Positions 44,296-55,847 of a stretch of DNA of 64,000 bases are shown piece by piece. A model generated the notes under the pieces. That model saw only the letters and a list, made by a program, of their open reading frames with translations, ran no database searches and had not been told where the DNA came from. This DNA is from Methanocaldococcus sp. 28A. Lineage in GTDB: Archaea > AGJL01 > Methanococci > Methanococcales > Methanocaldococcaceae. The DNA lies in the NCBI GenBank assembly GCA_049852185.1, contig CP187540.1, one strand, 5' to 3'. A program made the translations under genes and the position numbers. Numbering within the stretch: the first letter of the stretch is position 1; each line of letters opens with the position of its first letter.

Positions 44296-44422
44296 TTATA
44301 GTTGTGTGCGAATGAAAACAAAACTATCTTAAAATAAAATAAGGTATTAACGAATGCCTTCCTTATGGAAGGTGTTCAATATTTCCTTTTTAAAGTTTAT
44401 TTCATTTTGCACACAACTATAA
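44296..44422. mobile_element. Full-length diverged MITE copy (reverse orientation relative to 24840)
   Basis: Ends ttatagttgtgtgc / gcacacaactataa; internal hairpin gaatgccttcc-ttat-ggaaggtgttc. Confidence 0.85.
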
Positions 44423-44492
44423 AATATAGAATGGTTACATTAAAATAACCCATCTTATTTTATTTATTACAAAAAATAGTGCTGGTGATAAA

Positions 44493-46139
44493 ATGCCAAC
44501 AATTAATGTAAAAAAAGCTGATTTGGAGAGATTGGTAAATATGCCCTTAGAAGATGAGTTTATTGAGGAAAAATTTCCAATGATTGGTGTTGAAGTTGAA
44601 GGAATCTTTGAAGAAGATGGAGAAAAGGTTATTCAATTCTCAATAAACCCAAATAGACCAGATTATTTAAGTGCTGAAGGTTTGGCAAGAGGATTTAGAG
44701 GATTTATAGGGATAGAAACAGGATTAAAAAAATATGATATTGAGAGTTCAGATGTAAAGCTATATGTTGAAAATGTTGAAACAAGGCCCTATATAGCAAT
44801 GGCTTTAGTTAAAGGGGTTATTATTGATGATTATGTTTTAGAGAGTATAATTAATCTTCAAGAGAAATTACACTGGGTTATGGGAAGAGATAGGAAAAAA
44901 GTGGCAATAGGAATTCACGATGCGGATAAAGTTAAGCCTCCATTCTACTATAGGGAAGTTGGTAAAGAGGATATTAAATTTGTCCCATTGAACGCTGAAG
45001 AAGAAATGACTCCAAGAGAGATTTTAGAAAAACATGAAAAAGGAATAAAATATGCCCATTTGATTAAAGATGATAAGTTTCCAATAATATTGGATAGTGA
45101 AGATAATGTTTTATCTATGCCACCAATAATCAATGGAGAATTAACAAGAGTTACAACATCTACAAGAAATCTATTGATTGATGTTACTGGAACTGATAGG
45201 TATGCTGTTGAGAAGACATTAAATATTATTGTCACAGCATTGGCAGAGAGAAAATATGCCAAAATACATGCTGTTGAAGTAATTAAAAATAATGAAAAAA
45301 CTGTATATCCAGATTTAAAAGAAGATGTTTTAGAAACAACTCCAGATTATATAAACAAAGTTTTAGGAACTAATTTAACTCCTGGAGCTATAATAAATTA
45401 CTTAAGAAGATGTAGATTAGATGCTCAATTTGTAGATAATAAAATAAAGGTTTTCATTCCAGCTTATAGAGTTGATATATTTGGAGAGATTGATATTACT
45501 GAAGAAGTAGCTATCGCTTACGGTTATAATAAATTCTCTGGAGAATATCCAATTATTGGAACTATTGGTGAGCTTGATAAATTAGAAAAGAAGTGTGATT
45601 TTATAAGAGAAATTATGATAGGATTTGGGTTTTATGAGGTTATAAACTTAATGCTATCAAATGATGAGATTTTATTTAAAAAGATGAGGATTGAAGATAA
45701 CAACTATATAGAAGTTTTAAAACCAGCATCAATTGAACATAGAATAGTTAGAAAAAGCATTCTACCATTATTAATGGAAACTTTGAGGATAAATAAGCAT
45801 AAAGAGTTACCTCAAAAAATATTTGAGATTGGAGATTGTGTAGTTATTGATGAAAATGCTGAAACAAAATCAAGAGTCGTCAAAAAAATAGCTGGAGTTA
45901 TTGTAGATAATGAAACAAACTTTAATGAGATAAAGAGCTATGTTGAAGGATTGCTAAGAGAGCTAAAAATTGAGTATGAGCTTGATAATTTTGAACATCC
46001 TTCATTTATTAAAGGTAGATGTGCTAAAATTTTAAAAGATGGAAAAATTATTGGCTACTTTGGAGAAATTCATCCAGAAGTTATTACAAACTTTGAATTA
46101 GAGTTTCCAGTTGTAGGATTTGAGTTAGAAATTAAATAA
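44493..46139 (+). CDS. pheT: Phenylalanyl-tRNA synthetase beta subunit
   Basis: [36 protein letters not shown] and GEIHP motifs. Confidence 0.97.
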   Translation: MPTINVKKADLERLVNMPLEDEFIEEKFPMIGVEVEGIFEEDGEKVIQFSINPNRPDYLSAEGLARGFRGFIGIETGLKKYDIESSDVKLYVENVETRPYIAMALVKGVIIDDYVLESIINLQEKLHWVMGRDRKKVAIGIHDADKVKPPFYYREVGKEDIKFVPLNAEEEMTPREILEKHEKGIKYAHLIKDDKFPIILDSEDNVLSMPPIINGELTRVTTSTRNLLIDVTGTDRYAVEKTLNIIVTALAERKYAKIHAVEVIKNNEKTVYPDLKEDVLETTPDYINKVLGTNLTPGAIINYLRRCRLDAQFVDNKIKVFIPAYRVDIFGEIDITEEVAIAYGYNKFSGEYPIIGTIGELDKLEKKCDFIREIMIGFGFYEVINLMLSNDEILFKKMRIEDNNYIEVLKPASIEHRIVRKSILPLLMETLRINKHKELPQKIFEIGDCVVIDENAETKSRVVKKIAGVIVDNETNFNEIKSYVEGLLRELKIEYELDNFEHPSFIKGRCAKILKDGKIIGYFGEIHPEVITNFELEFPVVGFELEIK

Positions 46140-46205
46140 AACTTTTGTAATATTATAATATAAATTAAGTTGCTTGTACTTACAAAAAATTTTTTAAGTG
46201 AAAAT

Positions 46206-46760
46206 ATGCTTAAAAAACTCCTATATAAAATTGAAAAATTAAGGAACAATGAATTAGAAGGATTTGAAATTTTAAAAGAGCATATACAAAGCTTAGATGA
46301 GTTTCAATATCAACAGATAGTTGAAAGATTAAAGCTTCAAATTGAGATTGTTGAAAAATATAACCCAAAGGTTAGGCCTGCAATAGACCCAGTAGTTTCT
46401 ACAGAACTTGGAATTTATAGAAGGTTGGATGATTTTGAGATAGGAAAACTTTTAGATTACCCAGAATGTTGTATAAAATCTTTTGTTGAGGATGTTAGAA
46501 TATCAATAGACAGAGAACATTTAAAAGAAGTTGAAGAAATGAAAGATGAGTTAAAAAATGAAGGAATTTATGCTATTGTCTTACCTTCTGGTTTTATTCC
46601 TTGCAGTTTGAAATGTGAAGAAGCAATAAAAAGAGGATATATTGGATATTTAAATAAAGAAGAGTTTAATAAAATATTGGAGCTTGAGAAAGAACTTAAA
46701 GAAAAAATTAAGCATTGGCACTTTGGATATGACGAATATTATGAAAAAATAATTTTATAA
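46206..46760 (+). CDS. Conserved archaeal hypothetical protein (DUF483-like)
   Basis: VRPAIDP, GKLLDYPECCIKSF and FIPCSLKC motifs. Confidence 0.75.
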   Translation: MLKKLLYKIEKLRNNELEGFEILKEHIQSLDEFQYQQIVERLKLQIEIVEKYNPKVRPAIDPVVSTELGIYRRLDDFEIGKLLDYPECCIKSFVEDVRISIDREHLKEVEEMKDELKNEGIYAIVLPSGFIPCSLKCEEAIKRGYIGYLNKEEFNKILELEKELKEKIKHWHFGYDEYYEKIIL

Positions 46761-46778
46761 TTTTTTTTGGTGTTAGTT

Positions 46779-47435
46779 ATGTACATCATAATAGCAGGGA
46801 TAGGTAGAGTAGGATATACTTTAGCTAAATCTCTATCTGATAAAGGATATGATGTTGTTTTAATTGATATAGATAAAGAAGTATGTAAAAAAGCTTCTAC
46901 AGAGATTGATGCTTTAGTGATAAATGGAGATTGCACAAAAACAAAAACTTTAGAAGAGGCAGGGATAGAAGATGCGGATATATATATAGCGGTTACTGGA
47001 AAGGAAGAAGTTAATTTAATGAGTTCATTATTGGCAAAGAGTTATGGAGTTGATAAAACTATTGCAAGAATTTCTGAAATAGAGTATAAAGACGTTTTTG
47101 AAAGGTTGGGTATAGATGTAGTTATCTCTCCAGAGCTAATAGCTGCTAACTATCTTGAAAAATTAATAGAAAGACCTGGAATCTTAGATTTAACTATTGT
47201 TGGTAGAGGAGAGGCTGAGATTTTAGAATTCATAATTCCAGAAAAATCTAAGGTGGTCAATAAAAAAATAAAAGAACTTGGAAGACCAAAGGATTATTTA
47301 ATAATTGCCATTTATGATGGAGATGAGATAAAAATCCCAAGTGGAGATACTGAATTAAAAGCAGGAGATAGAGTTTTAGTTTTAGTTAAGAAAGATGCTG
47401 CTGATGCTATAAGAAAGATGTTTTTAGAAGAATAA
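46779..47435 (+). CDS. trkA: TrkA/KtrA potassium uptake NAD-binding subunit
   Basis: IAGIGRVG Rossmann motif; RCK-N and RCK-C domains. Confidence 0.92.
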   Translation: MYIIIAGIGRVGYTLAKSLSDKGYDVVLIDIDKEVCKKASTEIDALVINGDCTKTKTLEEAGIEDADIYIAVTGKEEVNLMSSLLAKSYGVDKTIARISEIEYKDVFERLGIDVVISPELIAANYLEKLIERPGILDLTIVGRGEAEILEFIIPEKSKVVNKKIKELGRPKDYLIIAIYDGDEIKIPSGDTELKAGDRVLVLVKKDAADAIRKMFLEE

Positions 47436-48341
<906 letters not shown>

Positions 48342-48793
48342 ATAAAAAATTAATTGAGTTTAGAGTAATATCGATATTTTATTTAATTATTTAAGGTATT
48401 TTATATACCTTAATATATATACATATACATAATAAGAAAAAAATATACAGGTTATTATTATATGGGAATGAGTAAAATTATGTACAGTTAATGTTATAAG
48501 GGCTGTTTCCTTAAAACATACGAAACAAATTTATACTTTTGTTTTTATAAAACACTATTCAAAAATCAAAAATTTTAAATTAATATTTTAATAATACTCC
48601 ATAATATAGTAGTCTCGATATGTGGGGAAACTAAGCCTGAATGGGACTGCTATTAAGTCGAAGATGTGTGGATTTCCCTTACCCTTCAATTGCTAGTCGA
48701 TGAAAATGGGAGGCTGGAAGGTTCTCCGCTACGATTCGTTCGGTATGTTCCATTTGTAGCAGAAACGGGTATTATAAGAAAATGTGAGTATAT

Positions 48794-49912
48794 ATGGCTG
48801 CCATTACATATAAAATAAAAAATAAAGAAATTTTTATAGATTCTGGGATACTTTATGTATTTACACTTTTTACAAATTTATTTGTTTTAAATTTTTTGTT
48901 TAATAATATAAATATTGAGTTATTTAATTTAATAATTATATTAATTATAATTAATTCCTTCTTTAATTCAATTTTTATAAAATTTTATTTTGATGCTATA
49001 TTTACAAAATCAAAAAATTTAATATTATTTTCGATTTTATTCTTTTTTATTAGCATATTTGTATCTCCTTTATTGATATTGTTTTTACATCCAATTAATG
49101 ATGTTAAGGAAATAATATTTTTATTTATAATATCGATATTTATAAATATTATATCTCCATTTTGGACTGTTAGAAAATGTATTCTAATATTTCTTATAAG
49201 TCTTTTAGTTTTATTTTTAATATTTCTTTTTAAATTAGCCTCACTAATATATATTTCATTTTTTATAATATGTTTTTTTGTTTTGTTTATAAAAGAAATA
49301 CTCCAATTTAAATTTGAAAATAAATTTAACTTTTGTCTTTTTTATTTATTTGAAACTTTGGTAGTAGCAATTAATAATTTTATAATTAGTTTTTTAATAT
49401 TTAATCCTTTGATAAGCTATAATACCAATATTTATTACTTATTGATTATGCAGGTTTCTTTTGTTTATTTATTTAAATTATATGTTGATATAGAGGAATA
49501 TACAGTAAATATCCTTGAAGGTAAGTACGAAACAATTAAAAATAATGTTAAAATGATACTAAAGATATTCAAAAAATATTTACGTTATAACTTAATTACA
49601 CTATTTGTAGTTGGGATTATTTTTTCAATTTTAAATCAAAATGATATTTTTTGGATAATCTACTTTTCAAGTATGGCATTGTTTGTATATATTATAAAGA
49701 TTAATGAATGTTTTAATAAAATAGAAAATATAAAATTTTTAAAAATATTACTATTTTTTTATTTACTAAATTTATTAAGTTTAGTAGTAATTGCTACATT
49801 AATTTTTTCAATCTTAATCTATTATAAATATAAAAAGACTACATATGATGAGTTAATACGAAATCTATTTTATTATTATCTTGAGTACCTTTTTAGAAGG
49901 GGGTTAAAGTGA
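48794..49912 (+). CDS. Polytopic membrane protein, possible PelG-like exporter
   Basis: About 10 hydrophobic segments; extremely AT-rich; stop overlaps the start of the pelF-like gene (GTGA); PelG call rests mainly on context. Confidence 0.55.
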   Translation: MAAITYKIKNKEIFIDSGILYVFTLFTNLFVLNFLFNNINIELFNLIIILIIINSFFNSIFIKFYFDAIFTKSKNLILFSILFFFISIFVSPLLILFLHPINDVKEIIFLFIISIFINIISPFWTVRKCILIFLISLLVLFLIFLFKLASLIYISFFIICFFVLFIKEILQFKFENKFNFCLFYLFETLVVAINNFIISFLIFNPLISYNTNIYYLLIMQVSFVYLFKLYVDIEEYTVNILEGKYETIKNNVKMILKIFKKYLRYNLITLFVVGIIFSILNQNDIFWIIYFSSMALFVYIIKINECFNKIENIKFLKILLFFYLLNLLSLVVIATLIFSILIYYKYKKTTYDELIRNLFYYYLEYLFRRGLK

Positions 49913-51255
49913 AAAAAGTAACAATTATAGCTGAGGGTTCCTATCCTCAAAAATTAGGTGGTGTGTCGATATGGACACATAATTTGGTTTCAAATTTATT
50001 AGATTTCGAATTTAACTGCATCAGTTTGACAAATGGGGAAAAAATTATTAGATACAAATCAAAAAATTTAAAAGAAATATTTTGGATAGATATTGGTAAA
50101 CCAGAAAAAAATATTGATTTTGTAGATCATGAGATAACAAAAATCCTAACCTATAAAATGCTTAATGGAGAAGAATTAAATATAAAAGATTTAAAAAATT
50201 TAAATAGATTTTGTATATCTTCTCCAGAATATTTCAATGTTTTATTAGATATTTATATAAAAGATAAATTAGATATAGCTTTTAGTCATTATTTTTGGTC
50301 TATTTCAAATTATTTTATTATTGTTTCACAAATTGCAAGAAATATAAATAAAATGCTAAATAAACTATTTAATAATACAGACATATTATTTTCTTTGAAT
50401 GTAGGTTTTTGTGGAATATTGGGTTGTTCTTTAAAATATAAGTTAGATAAGCCTTTGATAGTTAGTGAACATGGAATAATATTAGAAGAAATTAAAAATC
50501 TATTAAATAATAGCAAAATTAAAAAAGAAGTTCATAAATATATAATAAATATTTATAAATCTATGATGCTTACTACATATAAACATTGTGATCTTGTAAC
50601 GTCTATTTCTGATTTTCATAAAGAACACTCCATTAGAAATGGATGTAATCCAAACAAAATAAAAGTAATATATACTGGAATTGATACAAAAAAATTTGTA
50701 CCGCCAGATAAAAAAGATTATTCAAAGATTATTGTTGGAAATGTTTCTAGAATAGATTCAATAAAAGGAACGAAAGAATACGTTGAGATTGCAAATTATA
50801 TTGTTAAAAGATTAAAAAACATAGAATTTTGGCATATTGGGCCAATAGAAGATATAAAATATGCTAAAGAAGTTTTTAATTTAAATAAAAAATATGGCTA
50901 TCCTGTTAAATTTTTAGGACCTACAAATGATCCTTTGAAATTCTATCAAAGAATTCATTTATATTTAAATACTAGTCTATCTGAAGGATTACCATTATCT
51001 GTCCTTGAAGCACAGTCGTGTGGGGTTCCAGCAATCTGTTCTAATGTAGGAGCATGTAAGTATATCTGCTATATTTATTATAATATGAAACAAGATAAAG
51101 AAAAATATCTTGAAGATTTATTAAATATATTTAAAGGATTTACACCTGAAAAAATTAAAAAAGCTTCTAAAGACGTTAGAAAGATGGTTGTTGAAAAGTA
51201 TGATATAAGAAAAATGGTAGAAGAATATAGAAAAGTGTTTAAAGAATTTTCTTAA
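49909..51255 (+). CDS. pelF: PelF-like GT4 glycosyltransferase (DUF3492 N-terminus)
   Basis: IAEGSYP...GGVSIWTHNLV, GFCGILG, IVSEHGI, RIDSIKG and SLSEGLPLSVLEAQSCGVP. Confidence 0.82.
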   Translation: MKKVTIIAEGSYPQKLGGVSIWTHNLVSNLLDFEFNCISLTNGEKIIRYKSKNLKEIFWIDIGKPEKNIDFVDHEITKILTYKMLNGEELNIKDLKNLNRFCISSPEYFNVLLDIYIKDKLDIAFSHYFWSISNYFIIVSQIARNINKMLNKLFNNTDILFSLNVGFCGILGCSLKYKLDKPLIVSEHGIILEEIKNLLNNSKIKKEVHKYIINIYKSMMLTTYKHCDLVTSISDFHKEHSIRNGCNPNKIKVIYTGIDTKKFVPPDKKDYSKIIVGNVSRIDSIKGTKEYVEIANYIVKRLKNIEFWHIGPIEDIKYAKEVFNLNKKYGYPVKFLGPTNDPLKFYQRIHLYLNTSLSEGLPLSVLEAQSCGVPAICSNVGACKYICYIYYNMKQDKEKYLEDLLNIFKGFTPEKIKKASKDVRKMVVEKYDIRKMVEEYRKVFKEFS

Positions 51256-51520
51256 GAGTATTATGGTTTTAGAATGACTTGTCATTGGGATATATCCGTA
51301 TTTTTTAACATATTCAATACACTTTTTAGCCATTAATTACTATAATCCAATGTTAGAACAAATAGTTCATATTTTTCCTTTAAATTCTCTATTTTGGAGT
51401 ATTATCATATTCGAATTTTCTTTTCTAATTCATTAGGATAAACTGGTTTAAATCCATTGGCTCCTAATATTATTTTATTAGTCTCAGGATTTAAGAATGA
51501 CCTATATAGTTTTATGCAAA
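51253..51520 (-). pseudogene. Probable decayed C-terminus of a PelA/GH114-like alpha-1,4-galactosaminidase
   Basis: Frameshifted fragments LKEKYELFVLTLDYSN* then AKKCIEYVKKYGYIPM, resembling the conserved end of that TIM barrel; boundaries approximate. Confidence 0.5.
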
Positions 51521-51828
51521 ATATAAATGATTTAAAGCTTTATAAGAAAAATTTGAATGTCTTCTAAAAGTTAGATATTCATTAATACCTATATATCATA
51601 TATTTTATACAAAACTATAAAACTAACCTATCACCCAGTCCAAGTTATTAATGGTAGGGTTCAGGTCAAAATCATAGATTTCGCTACCCAAAGCTTTCTC
51701 TTAAGTATCGAAAATCCTACAGCTGGAGACATCAAAAGAGTTTAGAGCATAGTTCTCTAATCCCAAATGGGATGAATAGTAACCTTTATGGAACTAGAAA
51801 AACTGCCATATATTAAAATATTTTTCTT

Positions 51829-52299
51829 TTATTTCCCTTTGTAAATGCCGTTATAAACGCCACAAACATCTTTACATTCAAAAAATACTATTTGTGCAAT
51901 TCTCGCATATTTGTAAATTGTTATTGAGTTAAAAACCTGCAGTAAATATTCTGGTTTTCCTTCATATCCCGGGTCGTGAACTGCAGAGTATAAAGTTGCG
52001 CCCATTCTCAATAAAGAGCTTCTTGGATATGCAAAGCCAGCTACGTTATCTGGAATTTTTATATATTCTGCTACTTTTACAATGTAAATTCCCTTATCTA
52101 ATCTTATAAATTCATCTTTTTCAGAGTTAAATATCTCAATATAATTTGGCAACTTTCTTTTTTCATTTGAAAAGTCAATTACTCCATCTCCATCTATTTT
52201 AAATATTTTCCAAACTTTTAAATCAATCCCACACTGTTGAATTTGCTCTTTCTTTAAATCTTTAAAAAAATTTTTTGATGTATTAGGACCAACAATCAT
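51829..52299 (-). CDS. dut: dUTPase (trimeric dUTPase/dCTP deaminase family)
   Basis: QQCGIDL, YPRSSLLRMG, DPGYEG and RIAQIVF motifs. Confidence 0.9.
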   Translation of the reverse strand: MIVGPNTSKNFFKDLKKEQIQQCGIDLKVWKIFKIDGDGVIDFSNEKRKLPNYIEIFNSEKDEFIRLDKGIYIVKVAEYIKIPDNVAGFAYPRSSLLRMGATLYSAVHDPGYEGKPEYLLQVFNSITIYKYARIAQIVFFECKDVCGVYNGIYKGK

Positions 52300-52320
52300 T
52301 AATTCCACCAATTTAATTTT

Positions 52321-53553
52321 TTAATTTTCTTTTAATTTTTTAAAAATTAACTCATCCTTTTTATACACAAATGTATTGCTCTCAATGTCTCTGTCTATTA
52401 AGCAGCTTGCTCCTATCCAGCAATTGCTACCAACCTTAACTCCCGGCATAAAAGAGACTTGAATACCAGTTTTAACGTTATCTCCCATTATAACTCCAAG
52501 TTTTCTAACACTTTTAACCCTTTTACCTTTTATATTAACTTTAACAGGTTTATTATCAAATCTTAAGTTGGCCGTTATTGTATTACAACCAAAATTGCAA
52601 TTCTCCCCTATAATACTATCTCCAACATAAGATAGATGAGGAATTTTTGTATTTTTCATTATTATGCTTGCCTTAACTTCAGATGAGTTTCCAACGAAAG
52701 TATTTTCCATTAAAACTGTGTATGGTCTTATATATGCTAACGGTCCAACTATAGAACCTTTTTTAATAATTGCTGGACCTTCAATAACTGAATTTGCTTT
52801 AATAACTGCTCCTTCTTCAATTACTACATTACCTTTAATAACTACATTTTCTTCAATTTTTCCTTTAACTTCTGTATTTATTTTATTTAGAATATGCTTA
52901 TTTGCTTCTAAAACATCCCATGGCCTCCCAATATCGTTCCAATATCCATTTAATTTAATACCTTTAACATTTTCTTCTTTAATAATCTGTTTTATAGCAT
53001 CTGTAATTTCTCTCTCTTCTCTTTCAGAGATTTCTGTTTTTTCAATTAAATCAAAAATCTTTTTATCAAATTTGTATATTCCAGCATTTATTAAATTTGA
53101 TTTTGGATTTTTTGGTTTTTCTTGAAGTTCTATAATGTTATTTTCATCATCTAAAACTACTACACCAAAATTTTCAGGATTTTTTGTTTCTTTAACAGCA
53201 ATGGCATATTTATATTTTAAAAATCTCCTTAAATCATCTTCAAAGATAATATCTCCATTTATAACTAAAAACTCATCACTCACAAAATCCTTAGCAGTTA
53301 AAACTGCCTCTCCAGTTCCATCTATTTCTCCCTGCTCTAAAAATTTAATGTTTGGATTATCTTTAAAGTAATCAATAATTTTTTCTTTTTTATACTTAAC
53401 AACTATGTAAATGTTATCTACTAAATCTTCAACTTTCTCAATAATATGTTGTAAAATTGGCTTTCCAGCAATGGGAATCATTGGTTTTGGCCTATTTTCA
53501 GTTAATGGCCTCAATCTTTCCCCTTTTCCCGCACATAATATTATAGCATCCAT
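52321..53553 (-). CDS. glmU: Bifunctional GlcN-1-P acetyltransferase/uridylyltransferase
   Basis: AGKGERLRPLT...PKPM; hexapeptide repeats; HLSYVGDS; adjacent to glmM. Confidence 0.93.
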   Translation of the reverse strand: MDAIILCAGKGERLRPLTENRPKPMIPIAGKPILQHIIEKVEDLVDNIYIVVKYKKEKIIDYFKDNPNIKFLEQGEIDGTGEAVLTAKDFVSDEFLVINGDIIFEDDLRRFLKYKYAIAVKETKNPENFGVVVLDDENNIIELQEKPKNPKSNLINAGIYKFDKKIFDLIEKTEISEREEREITDAIKQIIKEENVKGIKLNGYWNDIGRPWDVLEANKHILNKINTEVKGKIEENVVIKGNVVIEEGAVIKANSVIEGPAIIKKGSIVGPLAYIRPYTVLMENTFVGNSSEVKASIIMKNTKIPHLSYVGDSIIGENCNFGCNTITANLRFDNKPVKVNIKGKRVKSVRKLGVIMGDNVKTGIQVSFMPGVKVGSNCWIGASCLIDRDIESNTFVYKKDELIFKKLKEN

Positions 53554-53572
53554 TTATATCACCAAAATTTTA

Positions 53573-54916
53573 TTAAGAAATTAAAGCGTCTTTAACTAAC
53601 TTTAATCCTTTTTCCAACAATTCTTTAGCTAAACTTTTATCTTTAGCTTCAACTCTAATCCTTATGTATGGTTCAGTCCCTGAAGGTCTTATTAAAATCC
53701 ACCCATTTTCTAAGTTAAACCTTGCTCCATCAACTGTTTCAGGAATTGTTTTAAATAAACTTTCCCCATTTTCAATAACATAATTCATTACTTTTTCTTT
53801 TTTGTCATTTTCACAGGGAATTTTCTCCCTCAAATTTATATAAGATGGAATTTCGTCTAATATCTCATATAATTTCTTATTGTAAAATTCTAACATCTCT
53901 AAAACTCTCAATCCACTTAAAATGCCATCTGGTGTTAAATGTATATCTGCATGAATCCAAGTACCTGACGGCTCCCCTCCAAAAACAGCAGAGTTTTTAA
54001 TTATTTCTTCAGCAACAGCCACATCTCCAACTTTTGTTTTTATTATTTCAACATCTAAATCTTTTAAATATTCATCAATAATCATTGAAGCATCAACTGT
54101 TGTAACTATCTTTTTGTTGTTAGTTTTTTCAACAATATATCTTGAGAAAGCTGCTAACAACTTATCAAAATCAGCTAATCTTCCTTTTTCATCTATTGCT
54201 ACCATCCTATCTGCATCACCATCATGTGCTATGCCAATATAACTCATTTCATTTGAATTTAATCCCTTAATCATATCCATTGTCTTTCTTAGGTTTTTTT
54301 CATCTGGTTCTGGCAATCTACCCACAAATCTCCCATCTATGTGGCTATTGACTGATATAACATGGCAGCCAATATCTGTAAATAAGTATGGAGAAACTAA
54401 GCAGGCAGAGGCGTTTGCACAATCAACAACAACATTAAATTTCTCATTTACTTCAACATTTTTAAGAATATATTCCATATAGTTTTTTATTGCTTTACAA
54501 TCTTTCCAAATATCTCCTACTTTGTCCCATTCTACTTCCACAAAATTTTCATTAAATATAATTTCTTCTATTTCCTCTTCTTCTTTTTTATTAAAAGCTA
54601 AACCATTTTTATTGAAGAGCTTTATCCCATTATACTCTGGAGGATTATGAGAGGCAGTAATCATAACTCCAACATCATAATTTCTTGAATTAAAACCTAA
54701 AACTGGTGTGGGAACAATATCTATAGTTGTAACATCTCCCCCTCCATTTAAAATTCCTGCAATTAATGCTGATTCAATAACTTTTCCAGTAGTTCTTGTA
54801 TCTCTTCCAACTACAACATTTTTATACTTTTTAGCTATAGCTAATCCTACTTTATAGGCAATTTTTGGGGATAAGTTTTTCATTCTTATTCCAGAAGTTC
54901 CAAATAATCTTCCCAT
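53573..54916 (-). CDS. glmM: Phosphoglucosamine mutase
   Basis: LFGTSGIR, TASHNP, DGDADR, GGEPSG and RPSGTEP motifs. Confidence 0.93.
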   Translation of the reverse strand: MGRLFGTSGIRMKNLSPKIAYKVGLAIAKKYKNVVVGRDTRTTGKVIESALIAGILNGGGDVTTIDIVPTPVLGFNSRNYDVGVMITASHNPPEYNGIKLFNKNGLAFNKKEEEEIEEIIFNENFVEVEWDKVGDIWKDCKAIKNYMEYILKNVEVNEKFNVVVDCANASACLVSPYLFTDIGCHVISVNSHIDGRFVGRLPEPDEKNLRKTMDMIKGLNSNEMSYIGIAHDGDADRMVAIDEKGRLADFDKLLAAFSRYIVEKTNNKKIVTTVDASMIIDEYLKDLDVEIIKTKVGDVAVAEEIIKNSAVFGGEPSGTWIHADIHLTPDGILSGLRVLEMLEFYNKKLYEILDEIPSYINLREKIPCENDKKEKVMNYVIENGESLFKTIPETVDGARFNLENGWILIRPSGTEPYIRIRVEAKDKSLAKELLEKGLKLVKDALIS

Positions 54917-55025
54917 AATATCACCATAAAAATGTTTTTATATTAAATATTGTTAGTAGTAAAAAGTATAAAACTATTAAAAGGCTACTGATTATAATTA
55001 ATATCAATATCATAGGTGTAACGTT

Positions 55026-55733
55026 ATGATACTATTGGTAAGTCCTATAGATGTTGAAGAAGCAAAAGAGGCTATAGCTGGAGGAGCAGATATCATAGAT
55101 GTAAAGAATCCAAAAGAGGGTTCTTTAGGAGCTAACTTTCCATGGATGATTAAGGCTATTAGAGAGGTTACTCCAAAAGATTTGTTAGTTAGTGCTACAG
55201 TTGGAGATGTTCCTTATAAGCCAGGGACAATTTCTTTAGCTGCAGTTGGAGCGGCTATAAGTGGAGCTGATTATATAAAAGTTGGATTGTATGGAGTTAA
55301 AAATTATTATCAGGCAGTTGAGTTAATGAAAAATGTTGTTAAAGCTGTTAAAGATATTGATGAAGATAAGATAGTTGTTGCTGCAGGATATGCTGATGCT
55401 TATAGAGTAGGTGCTGTTGAACCTCTTATTATTCCAAAAATTGCAAGAGATGCTGGATGCGATGTTGCTATGCTTGACACAGCAATAAAAGATGGAAAAA
55501 CATTGTTTGATTTCCAAAGTAAAGAAATTTTAGCAGAGTTTGTTGAAGAAGCTCATGATTATGGATTAAAGTGTGCTTTAGCAGGTTCAATAAAAAAAGA
55601 ACACATACCAATATTAAAAGAGATAGGAACTGATATAGTAGGTGTTAGAGGAGCGGCTTGTAAAGGAGGAGACAGAAATAATGGTAGAATAGACAGAGAG
55701 TTAGTTAGAGAATTGAAAGAACTTTGTAAATAA
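55026..55733 (+). CDS. mfnB: (5-formylfuran-3-yl)methyl phosphate synthase (methanofuran biosynthesis)
   Basis: [33 protein letters not shown] and GVRGAAC motifs. Confidence 0.93.
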   Translation: MILLVSPIDVEEAKEAIAGGADIIDVKNPKEGSLGANFPWMIKAIREVTPKDLLVSATVGDVPYKPGTISLAAVGAAISGADYIKVGLYGVKNYYQAVELMKNVVKAVKDIDEDKIVVAAGYADAYRVGAVEPLIIPKIARDAGCDVAMLDTAIKDGKTLFDFQSKEILAEFVEEAHDYGLKCALAGSIKKEHIPILKEIGTDIVGVRGAACKGGDRNNGRIDRELVRELKELCK

Positions 55734-55762
55734 ATATTTTTTTATTAATATTTTATTTTCTT

Positions 55763-55834
55763 GCCCCGGTGGGGTAGCGGATATCCTTTGACACTGCGGA
55801 TGTCAAGACCCGGGTTCGAATCCCGGCCGGGGCA
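55763..55834 (+). tRNA. tRNA-Arg(GCG), CCA not encoded
   Basis: Acceptor stem GCCCCGG/CCGGGGC; anticodon arm TGACA-CTGCGGA-TGTCA; T arm CCGGG-TTCGAAT-CCCGG. Confidence 0.93.
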
Positions 55835-55847
55835 TATTTTTTATTCC

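Noticed and set aside
55763-55834. tRNA as an integration site for a provirus or island
   Set aside because: No duplicated tRNA end and no integrase seen in the window.
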